Assembly (NCBI RefSeq): GCF_006345805.1
Contig: NC_042997.1
Coordinates: forward strand, 143,034,001-143,098,000
DNA: 64,000 bases
Direction of reading: 5' to 3'
Source of the DNA: Octopus sinensis
Taxonomy: Eukaryota
Position 1 is the stretch's first letter, and the number at the start of each line of letters is the position of its first letter. Positions 24,301 to 37,463 of this stretch are shown piece by piece. The translations under genes were made by a program, and so were the position numbers. Under the pieces are notes generated by a model. It was not told the DNA's origin and ran no database searches. It saw nothing but the letters and a program-made list of their open reading frames with translations.

Positions 24301-26507
24301 TTGATAGCCACTACATTTCTCACTTAAGCACTTCTCAGATTATATTAATGTATTTGTAGTGAATGTAGATTGAGATATACAATTATATTGTAAAAGGCAG
24401 TATATAATTGCTGTAAGACACTTGTCTTTAATTAGAAAAGAAATGGTTTATTGCTCTGTACTACAAAAACTGACTAAATAAATGATTAAATTGTTATTGT
24501 AGGAAACATCTATCATAAATGTGATAATATACTATAAATAAAGCTGATTAGCAAAGATGGAGGACCTTGATTTCAGCAATTGTAACAGTAATTTCATAGA
24601 CTGAGTACTAGTAGGTTGTAACTGTCTCGCTCCAGACTAGCTCTGCTTGAGAAGTCCTGTCAGAAAATAAAAGCATTTGAGATGTGGTTATCCCATTTTT
24701 GTACGAGGTCTAATGTGCCTCAGGACTATATTATCTTGGATACACCCTTCTGTCTTTAGACTATAGAGTATGATTTGAAGGAGATTTGGTTGCTACATCT
24801 AGCAGGTCTAGCTTGATAATACTTGTATCGGCTCCAATACAAATAGGTTGCTAGAACAATATTTGACAAGCAAAGATCAGAAAACTGTAAGAGCAGTATA
24901 CACTTCAGGATACATTAGCTGCTTTCTCAACCTTAATACAAGTAGGTTGGCAAAACAAGCTGAGTATTAGAAACATTTGATAGAGGTGGTTGGGCTAGTG
25001 TGGTTATTTAACATGAAAGAATGTTGTGCAATAAGAAGTAAAAAGCTACTGTAAGAAGGTAGTAGAAAGTGAACTGAAGAGAAGTAGGTGAAGTTAGGGA
25101 GGAAGATTGTTCAGTTGATAGGCTTTTTGGATAAAACAATGCGGGATAGAAATACATAGAGATATATTGTGGTACAGTATATCTATGTATTCCTATTCTG
25201 CATTGTTTTATCTAAAAAGCCTATCTTTGTAACTACCAACTGAATAATAGTCTCCCTCCCTGACACCAATCAAGCTGAATCAATGAGATTGATCAATTAT
25301 TAATTAATCAGTAAAGGCCACAAAAAGTACCACTTTTGCATGAGCTAATGAAGAAGTTTCATCAGTAGTTGTCAACCTTTTTAATATTTAGGGCCAGATC
25401 CCAAACCTGGAAATTTTTTAGGGGGCCTGCACTAAAAATGTAAAACATAAGTCAATGAAAGAAAGAAAATATTGTATTTATAAAGGGAAAACTGTCAGGG
25501 GTCACTGGAAAGATATTTGAGGGTCATATGTGGTTCTGGTTGCTGCAGTTGAAATCTGCAGCCCTATATGGTTACTTAACTTACAAGAAATAACAACCAA
25601 TTTCCCTTATAAAAGGAAGGTGGGGAAGACACATTGGATAATGTAGTTGAAGTACTATTCCTAAGAAAGAAAGAAAGAAAGACTGGTTGGTCATGCCTGC
25701 AATACCTTAGATCATGGGTTTACTTGGTCAACATTGAACCCAGGGGTAAACAACAGCAATTACTTTTGCACCTAAAAGATTTAAAATATAAAATAATATA
25801 TAAAATTTCCTAGAAAATGTTCCTATTTTCAACTGTTTGAGTCTATCTTATAGACAATGCCATTAAACATTCATCAGTGTCGTCATTATATATTGGCATG
25901 AATAATCAGGTTCATACATGTATCTTGATGTATCTTCTTTCACCTGTCTCCATTAAAGATTCTGTTCATCAAATCCTACTAATATGTAATTGGTAAACAT
26001 CTCTTTACTGAGCAGTATCTATTATGTATGTCTATAGTATCCCAGTTGCCTTCTCTCTTGGATAGAGCAAATTTCATTTTAAATATCCACATATGATATC
26101 TCTGGTCATTTGCCCTGAAATCTATCTTTCAAATTCCTATTATAAACTCAATATCTTGTTTATAATCCTTCGTCATAATTTCACGTCCTCTGAATTTAAT
26201 TTAATATTCAAATTTCACCGAAATATTAGCAGGTTAGTTGTGAGAAATGTTTCACCTTGTCAGCCTTATTGAAGGAGAATTATTATAACAATCGCAACAG
26301 CTTTCTGAATATATTTTGGCTGCTTTGAATTTTGGGTATTGGATAAATGATAATATCATACTACTTAGGTTTTTAATTGGCAACAAGACAGATATTTGCT
26401 TTACCTTCATGTTTGCCATCTTAGAGAAAAATCAAAAGAACATTTTTACAAGATCTTAGCTATTGTAAATGTGTATCATTTTATAAGGCAGCATCACATG
26501 CATGTGC

Positions 26508-26528
26508 ACACACGCACGCACACACACA

Positions 26529-26577
<49 letters not shown>
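26508..26577. repeat. (CA)n microsatellite
   Basis: Direct inspection. Confidence 0.97.
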
Positions 26578-26578
<1 letters not shown>

Positions 26579-27584
26579 ATGTATGTAGAAACTAAAGCTT
26601 GACATTAAAAATGAAGATGATAAATCTTTAAACCCTCTCTGATTTAAATGACTTCACAATATATGCACAATTTTCGGAAAGCCATTGAACTGATGTCTCT
26701 CCCCTAGTCAAATAGGCTTTTTAAGTGCAAATTAAAATATGCTCAAAGCAAATTAAAATATATTCAAAGTATATCAAATTAAATCTTTTTTTTTTTAAAT
26801 TAAATAATGCCATCAAATCATATTGCCATTATCTGATGAGGAATAATCAACAGACTGGCAGCACATCGTAAATGAATATCTTTTGTGATGCCAAATGATG
26901 AAATTAATTCAGATTTGAAATGAATTAACATTACATTCAAATAATAGACACCCACTATGTTTTTATCTTGCTATCTGCTATTTAATTTGCTCTGAGATTA
27001 TTTTGTTTCAAGATTATTTTAATTTGCACTTGGAAAAGTGTAAAAGTGAGAATAGGATAAGAAGCAAATATTTAGAAATTCAAATCCCTCACTGAAAAGG
27101 AATATAAATTGATGAGTAGAATATAATCAGTTGAAAAGATTTTCAAAGGTTATTTTATTGTTTTAAAGTTTATTATTATTATTATTCAGTCCTCAAAATA
27201 CTTGGAGAAATATGTTTGTGAGTAATTAACATCACACCCTGGAGGGATGAACAAGATAACAGGGGAATTTCATCATATTTACACAAAACTGTTTAAGTAT
27301 TCTTTTTTTTCTTTTCGCCTGTTGTAAAATTGAAAATTGAAGACTGAGGATATTATTTCACCAATGCTGGTTGCCCTTGTTCAAATTTTGAATTTGCATT
27401 TCTATAATTTTGAATTTCTATGTATCACTTTTCATTTTGAACTCAACAAAGACAGGCAAGCTGTCAAAATATTGTTTAACTAATAAAATATCTATTGCAA
27501 TTGCATCACACTCTTCGTATTGTCCACCACCATCATCATCACCATCATCATCATTATCATCATTATTATTATTATTATTAAGGC

Positions 27585-27780
27585 AGTGAGCTGGCAGGAT
27601 CATTAGCAAAGTGGACAAAATGCTTAGTGGTATTTAACCTGACACCATGTTCTGAGGTCAACTTTGCCTCTTATCTTTTTGGGGTTGATAAATTAAGTAC
27701 CAGTGAAACATTGGGGTCAATGTAATTGACTTGCCCCATCCCCCAAATTCCAGGCTTGTACCTCTAGTAGAAAGGATTAT
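27585..27780 (+). mobile_element. Nin/Deu-domain SINE (type C)
   Basis: ggcagtgagctggcag head, ctttgcctcttatctttttggggttgataaattaagtacc core. Confidence 0.8.
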
Positions 27781-28165
27781 TATTCAGTAGTCTTATTTTT
27801 ATCATATGCTTTCACTGCACTACCAAGTGCAGTTCTGTGTGCTTTGAGTATGTGCTGTGGTTTGTTGTGATGCTCTTATTTTTACTGTATTGAAAGTGTT
27901 TTATGTAGAATGTATGCAGTGCCTAGTAGTACTATTTTCTGTATGTTATTTATACCTTTTAGTCCTAATGTTTTTGTTATGTATTTGTCTAAATATTTTT
28001 TATCATACCTAGTGCACCTACTATGATAGGAATTGTTTCTGTTTTTAGACTCCAGATTTGAGTTACCTCTATTTCCAGATATTTGTATTTTGAAGGTTTC
28101 TCCATTTCTTTTAGAGAAACATTGTCATCTGTTGGTACTGATACATCGATTAGAAAGCATTTTTT
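27775..28165 (-). mobile_element. Dong/R4-like non-LTR retrotransposon 3' end (RLE C-terminus), copy 1
   Basis: KKCFLIDVSVPTDDNVSLKEMEKPSKYKYLEIEVTQIWSLKTETIPIIVGALGMIK..(fs)..IQKIVLLGTAYILHKTLSIQ*, short 3' UTR, (AAT)n tail. Confidence 0.8.
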
Positions 28166-28175
28166 TATTATTATT

Positions 28176-28530
28176 ACCTCCACCAAGGCAGGGGTATTGT
28201 TTTCAGTCGTGTTTGTTTGTTTGTCCATGGACATGATATCTCAAGAACCACTGGATGGTTTCAGATGAAACTTCAGGAATGTTTGGCCTCATGGCTGGTA
28301 TGAACTGATTAGATTTTGGGATCAATCTGGTACCGGATAACGATTCTGGATTATTTTTCTTATTTTTACTTAATTTTTGAGAGCAGTCGGGTTCATTTTT
28401 AGTATTCTCGTTTGTGAGAGCAGTCGAGTTTATTTCAGATATTCTCATTTTAAAAATCATCTCTGGCTAATCGCTGAGAGGACATTGGCGTTGTCTTGGC
28501 AGAGGTTTGTGCTCTCTGAGCACTCTTGTT
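28176..28530 (+). mobile_element. Helentron-associated (HINE/DINE-1-like) non-autonomous element
   Basis: Sub-terminal IR acctccaccaag / cttggcagaggt, internal (GTTT)n, 3' hairpin gtgctc-tct-gagcac; second copy at 52422-52730. Confidence 0.7.
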
Positions 28531-29123
28531 GTTGTTATTTAACATTTGGTAGTTTCAGGCAAGTTTCTACTGCATCACCTGCTATACCTCCATGATGCCG
28601 AGGTGTGCACAGCATTGCATGTTCTTTTTTGTTGTTGGAGGATTGCAAACGCTTCTCAGTATTGTATTGTGTCAGTTTGTTTTGTTATGGGGTTTGGTTG
28701 CAGTCTTTTGTTGTATTAGTGTTTGTATTGTGTGTTGAGTGTGTGTAATGCGAGTTGTCTTCTGTTGGATAATCAGCCTGTTGGTAGTTGTTAATTTTAT
28801 TGGATATTTGCTTTGTAGAGTGTGTCTTGTGCTAGTGGGTTGTTTTGTTTGGGTTGTATCATTGAATTGATAGTATCTTGTGTAGGATGTGGGCTGTTCT
28901 TAGCAGGGTTATGTTTTGAATAGTGCATAGTGTTGAGGGTTCAGGTATAGCTTCTACATTTTTGTGTATATGCTTTTTTTTCTCTTATGCTTAATACTCC
29001 AATTATTGCTGGTATTGTTTTTACCTTCATGCTCCACATACTTTAAAGTCTTTGTACTTTGACAGTTTTTCCCACTTCTTTTTGGGCAATATTCTGGCCA
29101 GAAGGGACTGCAATGTCTATCAG
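28530..29123 (-). mobile_element. Dong/R4-like non-LTR retrotransposon 3' end, copy 2 (different subfamily)
   Basis: LIDIAVPSGQNIAQKEV..KLSKYKD..WSMKVKTIPAIIGVL..IQNITLLRTAHILHKILSIQ* with frameshifts; longer A/C-rich 3' UTR. Confidence 0.75.
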
Positions 29124-29609
29124 TTAGCAGTTAGGTTTTTTTTTTTTTTTTTTACAATCCTTGATATTTATGCCTGGGATATTAGCTTTTATTTCCTCAT
29201 CATCATTATTATTGAGTGAGAGAAACATGCATGCCACCAAAGTTACATTGGAGTACAAATATACAAAGCGCAATATACCCATCATGATAAGGGTACACAA
29301 GTTACATGCATCAGAACCATATGTGTATGACATGGTCTCATATCAACATATACAACTCGTGACCTTGTAAATGGGGCCCAGTTAAAATTTTCTTTAGGTT
29401 GAGTAGCCCATTCTGCTTTAAAGTGGTTGCTGAATAAAGATTTAAGGATGATAAGGAAACACAGGTGTTTCCTGAGTTGAATTATTTAAACCTCAAAGAA
29501 TTCCTCTCAACACATGGCTATGATGCTTGTGATCAGTGATGCACATATCATCATCAGTCATTATTATTATTATTATTATTATTAAACGAATTAATTATTA
29601 TTATTATTG

Positions 29610-30035
29610 AGGCAGTGAGCTGGGAGAATCGTTAGCACGTTGGACAAAATGCATTTCATTCGCCTTGACGTTCTGAGTTCAAATTCCGCTAAGCTCGACT
29701 TTGTATTTCGTCCTTTCGGGATCAATAAAATGAGCACCAGTTTCACACTGGGGTCGGTGTAATTAACTAGGACACCCCCCCCACCAATTTAGGCCTTGTA
29801 TTATTGTTTTTTTATTATTATTAAATCAGTGAGCTGGCAGAATTAACACGCCAGATGAAATGCTTAGCAGTATTTCAACCATCGCTATGTTCTGAGTTCG
29901 AATTCCACCAAGATCAACTTTACCTCTCATGCTTTCGGGGTCAATAAAATGAGTACCAGCTGAACACTGGGGTTGATGTAATCAACTCATCCCCTCCCAC
30001 TAAATTGCTACCCTTGTGACAAATTTGAAACCATT
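29610..30035 (+). mobile_element. Two tandem Nin/Deu-domain SINEs (29610-29800, 29825-30035)
   Basis: Each begins (tat)n-ggcagtgagctgg and contains gttctgagttc(a/g)aattcc and ctttcggg(a/g)tcaataaaatgag(c/t)acc; CpGs retained. Confidence 0.85.
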
Positions 30036-33000
30036 ATTATTATTATTATTATCATTACTACTACTACTACCATCGTCATCATCCTCTTGTATCCTTTAAA
30101 ATTTCTTCATAATAAAGTTATAAAGTACTAATTCATTGTGATGAGTAAGATATTTAATTGAAGTTTTTTTAATGTCCTTATTTAATACTTCTTGTTTTTA
30201 CAGTATGCCATCTACGTTGAACAAATAAGGAAGTTTAAGATACTTAGATTAAATGGTTGTTATAATAAAAATTTTACTGGGCCAAATCTTCACTTACAAC
30301 TTTTGTATATATAAATAGAACAAGTTTTAAACCTGCATTAATATTTTCAGGATATTTATATAAATCCTTCTGATCTTAGATATTGTTCTATATATGCGAA
30401 TACATACAGAATAATACATGACATTTACTAAATCTATTTTTAGTTAGCATATCTGTGGCACCCTTAAATGGCATATAAAGCATTTTCCTACTGGATTCTT
30501 ATCTAAACAATTAGATTCATTCTCTAATAGCTTCTTTTTCCAGTCTAACATTTTCAACAGACCTCTTTTTCACCTTCCCTCTCCTTTCTAATAAATAATT
30601 TATATTGAGAGATTATTTTTCTGAATTTATGTCTGTTTGGCAAGTTATATTAACGGCTGTATCGTATTTCCTCAGTATAAGATACAAAATATGATCGATT
30701 TAAAAAATAAAAATATAGTTGCTATCTCATTTTTATTATGGGCATATGATTTTATGATTTAGGTATTAAAACACGCTGTCATCATCATCCTTTAATGTCT
30801 ATTTTTCATACCAGCATGGGTTGGACAGTTTGACTAGAGCTGGCAAGCAGGAGAGCTGCACCAGGTTCCGGTCTGATTTGGTTTGGTTTCCACAACTGGA
30901 TGCCCTTCCTAACACCAACCACTTTACAGTGTGTGCTGGGTGTTTTCAACATGACACCAGCACAGGTGCTTTTTTTTTTTTTCCTACATGGCACTGTCAC
31001 TGGGCCAATCCTCTTCATTAGAAGAAAGTGGTGATTTTACTGAAAGATATTTAGCTGGTTACTTGTGTTGGTTAATACAAGATGTTACATATGCATAATA
31101 TGTACTTAGAAGAAGAAAAAAAAGAAAAAAACGGGCTTGCTTATAGCTTAGATTTGAAGATATTGTTGCCATGAATAATAGCTAAAGCTGTAGATTTTTG
31201 ACATTTCAAATTCATCAATTAAAATATGTTTATTCTCATTCTCATTTTTCATACCAATTAAGATACATATTTTATACAGCTGGTTTTTTTTCTAATGAGG
31301 TTGACTGTACTTCAAAAGTATTTGTGACAGTTAACTAATTTCATGATACAATATATTGGAATATTTCAATTTGCTTCATGTTTATTTTATTTGCTTCATC
31401 TTGTATTTTTATCTTTTAATCTTTCCTTAATTGATGATCAACTTCTAGTTATGTAAACTTATGAAAGTAATCTGTGGTAAACATTAAATCTCAATTTCAT
31501 CTTCTGTTTTGTGATCTCTTATTTGAAAAGTGATTTAAGGATATAGTGCTTAAAACTCTGTTAGTTTGGTTTGTATTTTATTCACAACAGTTGGTGCTAC
31601 AATGTAGCAAGTGTTGTTGAGATCAATACAAAATTACTGAGATATGATGAAAATTTACACCTTACTAAATGTTCCTATATCTTAAATTATCTCTCTTTCA
31701 GCCTTGATATAGCAAAATGCTTTTAACTAATAACTGCAATACTTGTATAGATATTTAAAAAATTTATTCCTTCACTTCACTTTACTTTCTCCATTATCAT
31801 TATAAAACATACGTTTCATACTGCCAAAGCTTGGATGATTCAACAGGAACTGTCAAACCAGAGGGCTGTGCTGAGCTCCAGTATCTGCTTTGGCATGATT
31901 TCTATAGCAGGATGGATGTCCTTCCTGATGCTAACCTATTTACAGAGTGACTTGGGTGCTTTTCAGACGGCACCAGCTCTAATGAGGTCACCAAGTAACT
32001 TGCAAGCCAAGGCAAGAGTGCTCAACTGAGTGGGGGTAAGGTATTGAGGGGGTGACTTTGTGCCAGGTGCTAAGAGATTAAAGTATGGCAGAGAGACGGG
32101 AACAGTTATCTTGTAGAGGAGATACATGAGATTCTGCCCTTCAAGAACAGCATGAAATAAATAAATGTAAATAATCTGTAGAAGTTAACTTCTTGAGGTG
32201 ATGTTTGGCTTAGTAGTAGAAATGAAGATTAATAAATTTAAATTTTGAAAAAAAAAAAAAATCTCAAAAAGCTTAAATTCCTCAAAAATTGCTCTTGATT
32301 ATTACAGCTGAAAAGGCAGCAAGCTGGCAGAATCATTAGAATGTTGAGGAAAATACTTAGTATTTCTTCTGGCTCTTTATGTTCAAATTCTGCTGAGAGC
32401 AATTTTACCTTTCACCCTTTCAGGGTCACTAAATTAAGCACCAGTTGAACCTGGGTCTATATCATCAACTACCTCCTACCTGCAAAACTTCAGGCCTTTT
32501 TCCTATAGTAGACAGGATTATTACTGCTGGGAACAATCAATTTGATTATTTATTGGTTCAAAAGTTACGTGTTTAAATCCCATTTGAAACATTAGTTGAC
32601 TCAATTGCTACTAACTAGTCTAACATAAGAATTGAACAGCTAACACCAGGAATACCAAAATTGCTTGGACTGTTTCCTAGGTGAAATATGTTTGCTCAAA
32701 GTTTCAAAGGTTGAAAATGGTTCATTCTTGAGATAGAGCTTAAATGTGGCTCTAAATTTAAGGAAATCCTCAAATTTAGTTCAGCCTCCTACTTTGAGTA
32801 CCCATACATCAGAACCATACATAGTTAGGAGCTGAAATTTTCAAAATCAATTAGGCACAGTGACTACTTTATTTAGATGAAATTTCAGGCAACTTGAAAA
32901 ATGTCACTTTTCAAGTTTGGTTCACAATGGGCTGGAATGCCACAGCAACAGATTTGGAGGGAGTATACTCAGGATCACATCAACGCCAGCCCTAGTAATG

Positions 33001-33340
33001 GAATGATGTTTTTTTTTTTTATCAACCCTGGTAAGATTAGAACTTAGAATGTAGAAGGATGTCACTAAAGTCCTACTGCGAGGCATTTCAGCCATCACTC
33101 TACCTATTATGCTATTACTATTCAAAAATATCCATGTTCATATATGCTGGCAGTAACAGCTGGTTTGTTTATAAATTCATTGAAAAAAAGAGAAAACAAT
33201 ATAAAACCTTGTTACTTCACATTTCCTGTATTCCAATTGAGCAATCTGTTTTCGTTTATTTTTCTAAAATACTTGTACTATATTTGTTTCTGTTAATCAT
33301 AGTTTTAAAAATAAAACAGTTTTGTGACTCCTTTCATGTT

Positions 33341-33710
33341 ATCATCATCAGTTTAATGTTTAAATTTCCATGTTTGCACAAGTTGGATGGAGTTTATTGT
33401 AGCATTTTCTATGGCCAAATGCCCTTCCTGTCACCAACCCTTGTTTCCAAGCAAGGTAATATTTCCCCATGGTCAGACACGCTTTTGCAGAATACTGGAA
33501 ATGAATGACCTTCATTTACATCAATAACATGTCAAGACAAGGAGAGAGAGAGGCATGCATGTATGTGATGGCCTTCTTTCAGTTTCTGTCTACCAAATCC
33601 ACTCACAAGACTTTGGTCGGCCTGAGGCTGTGGTAGACAATAATTGCCCAAGTGGGACTGAACCCAGATCTGTGTGGTAGGGAAGCAAACTTTCTACCAC
33701 ACAGCCACAT
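33341..33710 (-). mobile_element. SINE type A, full length
   Basis: Same architecture as 14352-14795. Confidence 0.8.
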
Positions 33711-34439
33711 ATATATACTCAACCACACACACGCACACAAACACACACACACACACCACATCATATCAACTTTACTGTCCCAATTGGAAATCCTATCCTT
33801 CTTTATACATACTTCTTACAGATATCGACCTATAGACAATGATATATGGATGCATTTGAGTGGGAGGGTCATTAAACATCATGAATGTATGTTTTCTTTC
33901 CTCCTCTAAACTATTAACACATAAAATATTGTTTAGATGCCGGTCAACTTTGATCAAGCAAACCTATGATTACAGCTGTTACCAAATCAAGTTTTATTTA
34001 AGCAGTATATCTGATATTACATATACCAATGTAACCTCTTTTTATGACAGTTGAGGGGTATTTGACTTTTATTTTTAGTAGGCAACATAAGAGATTCTTT
34101 TGTGGCATAGTATAACTATTTTATAGGGGTGTGTGTATGAATTTTTTTTGTCTTGCAAGATACTTGGTAACCCTGTCAGTGCAGGTGTCACTTAAAAAGC
34201 ATCCAGTCTACGCTGTAAAGTGGTTGGCATTTGGAAGGGCATCCAGCTGTAAAAATCCTGCCAAAACAGTTACAGGAGTCTGGTGCCAGCTCCTCTCAAA
34301 CCATTCCAGCCATGCCAGCATGGAAGGCAGATGTTAAACGATGATGATATATATAATGCATATACATAATGGACACACACATACATACAGGGAGAGAGTG
34401 AGTGTGTTTGTTCCTTCTTTCCTTTCTTTTTCCTTGCAG

Positions 34440-34519
34440 AATATTGGGAGCACCTGTTGTCAAGGAGAATAACAATGAGTACTTAGTACCTTCTGATATA
34501 ACTGAAGTCAATCCAAAAG
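34440..34519 (+). CDS. Candidate alternative SUCO exon: ILGAPVVKENNNEYLVPSDITEVNPK
   Basis: Strong pyrimidine tract (ccttctttcctttctttttccttgcag), single open frame (phase 2 in), AAG|gtactc donor (phase 1 out), non-repeat sequence. Cannot splice in frame to 37361. Confidence 0.35.
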
Positions 34520-34734
34520 GTACTCTATTACAACTGAAGATGATCTTCAGTCCAATCCACCAACCTGCAGTCTTAGCTACAATATCTGACTGGTGTTTAT
34601 TTTGTGAATGTAGTGGATGAATTTTCTATGAGAAGACATAACTTCCTCTTGTTAGCTATGTCCATCTAGGACAAATGTATCATTCCTTTTTGATGGTGTG
34701 TGCATGTCACCCCAAGACATTTGGTATTATGTTG

Positions 34735-34960
34735 TGCTTGAGAAGAAGACCCATCAAACTGAGGAAAATTGCTGTTGTGGTAGATACTGACATCATGCAA
34801 ATGGCACCCATGCCAGTGGTACATAAAAGAACCCATTACACTCTCAGAGTAGTTGGCGTTAAGAAGGGCATCCAGCTGTAGAAAACCATGTCAAATCAGA
34901 CTGGAACCTGGTGCAGCCTTCCAGCATGGACAACGGATATTTGATGATGATGATGATGAT
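34735..34960 (+). mobile_element. RTE LINE 3' end
   Basis: gtgcttgagaag..cactctcagagtagttggcgttaagaagggcatccagc..(gat)n. Confidence 0.8.
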
Positions 34961-36187
34961 GACAGCCTGCTTTATTCTTTCATCCACTCTCTGAACTTCT
35001 ATTTTATTTCAACCTATCTTATGACCCTTGTAATGTAAATTGTTTCAGTCACTGTCCCAAAAGATGTATTTTTAATACAATAACTGGTATGAATATTTAC
35101 AGTCACACCTCTCTGACTCTTATCTTATCCTTTCACTTACTTTCTATCACTCACTATCTCTGTTACTTACTGTATCTTAGGACACTTGTATATGTGTGCA
35201 CTGACATGTCTGTCTCCATATAAGTCTGTATGTGTGTTTGTGTATATGTAACCGCATATATACACATGTCTGCTTAAATTTGTGTGCTGCATATAGGAGT
35301 ACAGGTGTATACACATATGTATGTATGTATGTGTGCCTATGTCCATCCATGACTTCACTTGGTGTTCAGTTCCCCCGACTGTGCCATTTCAGCTAGCCTC
35401 AAAATTAATTCCAGATATGTGTCAAGAAGTTTGCTTCCTAACCAAGCCACATGATTTCAGGGTCAGCCCCCATGGCACCTTGGGCAAGTGTCTTCTCCTT
35501 ATAGCCCTTGACTGACCGAAGCCTTGCAAGTGGATTTGGGTGTGTGTGGTAGGAAGTTTGCTTCCCTAGTTCTGGGTTCATTCCCACTATGTGGTACCTT
35601 GGACAGGTATCTACTATAGCCTTATGTGTGCATGTGTGTAACTTTATGTCCGTGTTTGTCACCCATTACTGGGGGACAAATACAGAAACAAAGACACACA
35701 TGGACACACACACATTACTGCTTGAAAACCAGTGCTGGTGTGTTTATGTCCCTATAACTTAGCCGTTTGGCAAAATAGTATTGGGATCGATTCATTTGAC
35801 TAAAATTCCTAAAAGCAGTGCCACAGTTCTAACGACTGAAACAAGTAGAAATTGAAAGATATCATCATCATTTTAACACCCACTTTGCCATGTTTACAAG
35901 GGTCAGAGAGTTTATTGAAGCAGATTTTCTATGGCCAGACATGTTTTTGCAGAATATTAGAAATAAATGACTCTCATTTACAACAATTACATGATGTCAA
36001 AACAAGAAAACACTAACAAACCAACATTTACACATATGAACTTGGAATATAAAGAACTGGAACTGGAAGAAATGCTGCCAAGCATTTTATCTAACTCCAT
36101 AGTATGATTTTTGGGGCTACCTAGTAAGAAAGGAAAGCAATCGTACTGCTCTAATTCATAATTGATTGCTGTGGCTGATAGGCATAA

Positions 36188-36409
36188 TTAACCCTTTTGT
36201 TACCGTGTTTATTTTGAGATGCTCTGTGTTTCTTTCAATTATTTTAGATATAACAAAGAATTTAGTAAAATAACTTCATTATCATTAAGCTAGTATTAGG
36301 AACATAAATTGTGACTAAGGTTTAGTGGAAGATTTTAATTCAAAATTTATGAAAACAAGAACTACAGAGCCAGAGCCAGTTTCAGCCAGGTTGGTAACGA
36401 AAGGGTTAA
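36188..36409. mobile_element. piggyBac-type MITE (second family)
   Basis: TTAA-cccttttgttacc ... ggtaacgaaaggg-TTAA. Confidence 0.85.
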
Positions 36410-37360
36410 ATACATATTAAGGATGTCTACCAAATCATGTTTATTTGTATTTTATTTGCTCAAAAACATAGAGAAAGATAGTTAATGTTCATAGAATATG
36501 ATCTCAAAATTACAAGCTACTGGATAGTTTAATTAGACCAACTTCTCTTAATGTTGTGTTGTATTTACTGTGGAAATCAGAATTTAATCTGTTGGCTTTC
36601 TTTGTTATATTTGTTGTTGTTGTTGTTGTTCCTTGACAAATAGACCTATAATTAAGACCATCCTAGCTTCTGTTTTTGGATATCTAAGAGTACATCGTAT
36701 CCAATATGACTTTTCCTTCTTTTTTTTAAAGATGATGGAGATGTGATTTCAGGGCAATTTACTATTGCTTCTAGCAGGTTGGGTAGAGGCTCTTGGATAC
36801 TGTAGTATAAATGACAGGACACAGCTGCCAATACTAACAAATACTAAACTCTATAGTCCACTCAGTGACCAAACCTTCACTGAATAACATTACTGTTATT
36901 GGGTTACTGTTGAAATATAACCCTCTCTTTCTTTGTCAGCTGCTACCAGAGTGGACTCTATTCTATATATGCTTATTCTGTAGAAACTCCATTTAATTTT
37001 CCTTCCTCCATTACACTATCTTCCTCAGGAGCCTCCTTCTCCAGAGACTGTCCTAAATCTTTTGTTTAATCTTTCTTCAGATCCACTTTCCTCTGAAACT
37101 TGAGTCCTACTTTATATTTTTCTGACATTAGGAAGAGCTAGAAAAAATGTTTGAATGCTGATGCTTCTACACTGAAGTTTAACTAAGAAGCTTTTGTCTT
37201 ACAAACACTATCTTATAGAGATCATTACACATTTAATTATGACAAAATTGCATTTTCAGCTTTGATATATTACTAGTTTAAGAATTTTGTTAATATTTAT
37301 AATTGTGTTTGCCAATCATATTTTTATTGATTTTTTTTTTTTGTTCTTTCTTTTAACCAG

Positions 37361-37463
37361 ATGCACATTTTGGCATTCTCTAACCAATGCCAGTGAACCA
37401 CTTACTGCTCGAACAAGACAAATAGAAGCTAAATCAGATAGTAGCACCGGCACAGAAAAAAAG
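37361..37463 (+). CDS. SUCO: SUCO exon (first located): (R)CTFWHSLTNASEPLTARTRQIEAKSDSSTGTEKK
   Basis: Long T-rich tract + ttaaccag acceptor; AAG|gtaatg donor; phase 2 in, phase 0 out. The start resembles a signal-peptide C-region; vertebrate SUCO also has a phase-2 intron within the signal peptide (recalled). Confidence 0.75.

Noticed and set aside
25900-26260. Possible Penelope GIY-YIG remnant on the minus strand
   Set aside because: Only a few scattered residues match across frameshifts; too degenerate to support.
30204-30310. Exon after a strong acceptor (cttcttgtttttacag)
   Set aside because: No credible donor and no SUCO-like or signal-peptide-like translation.
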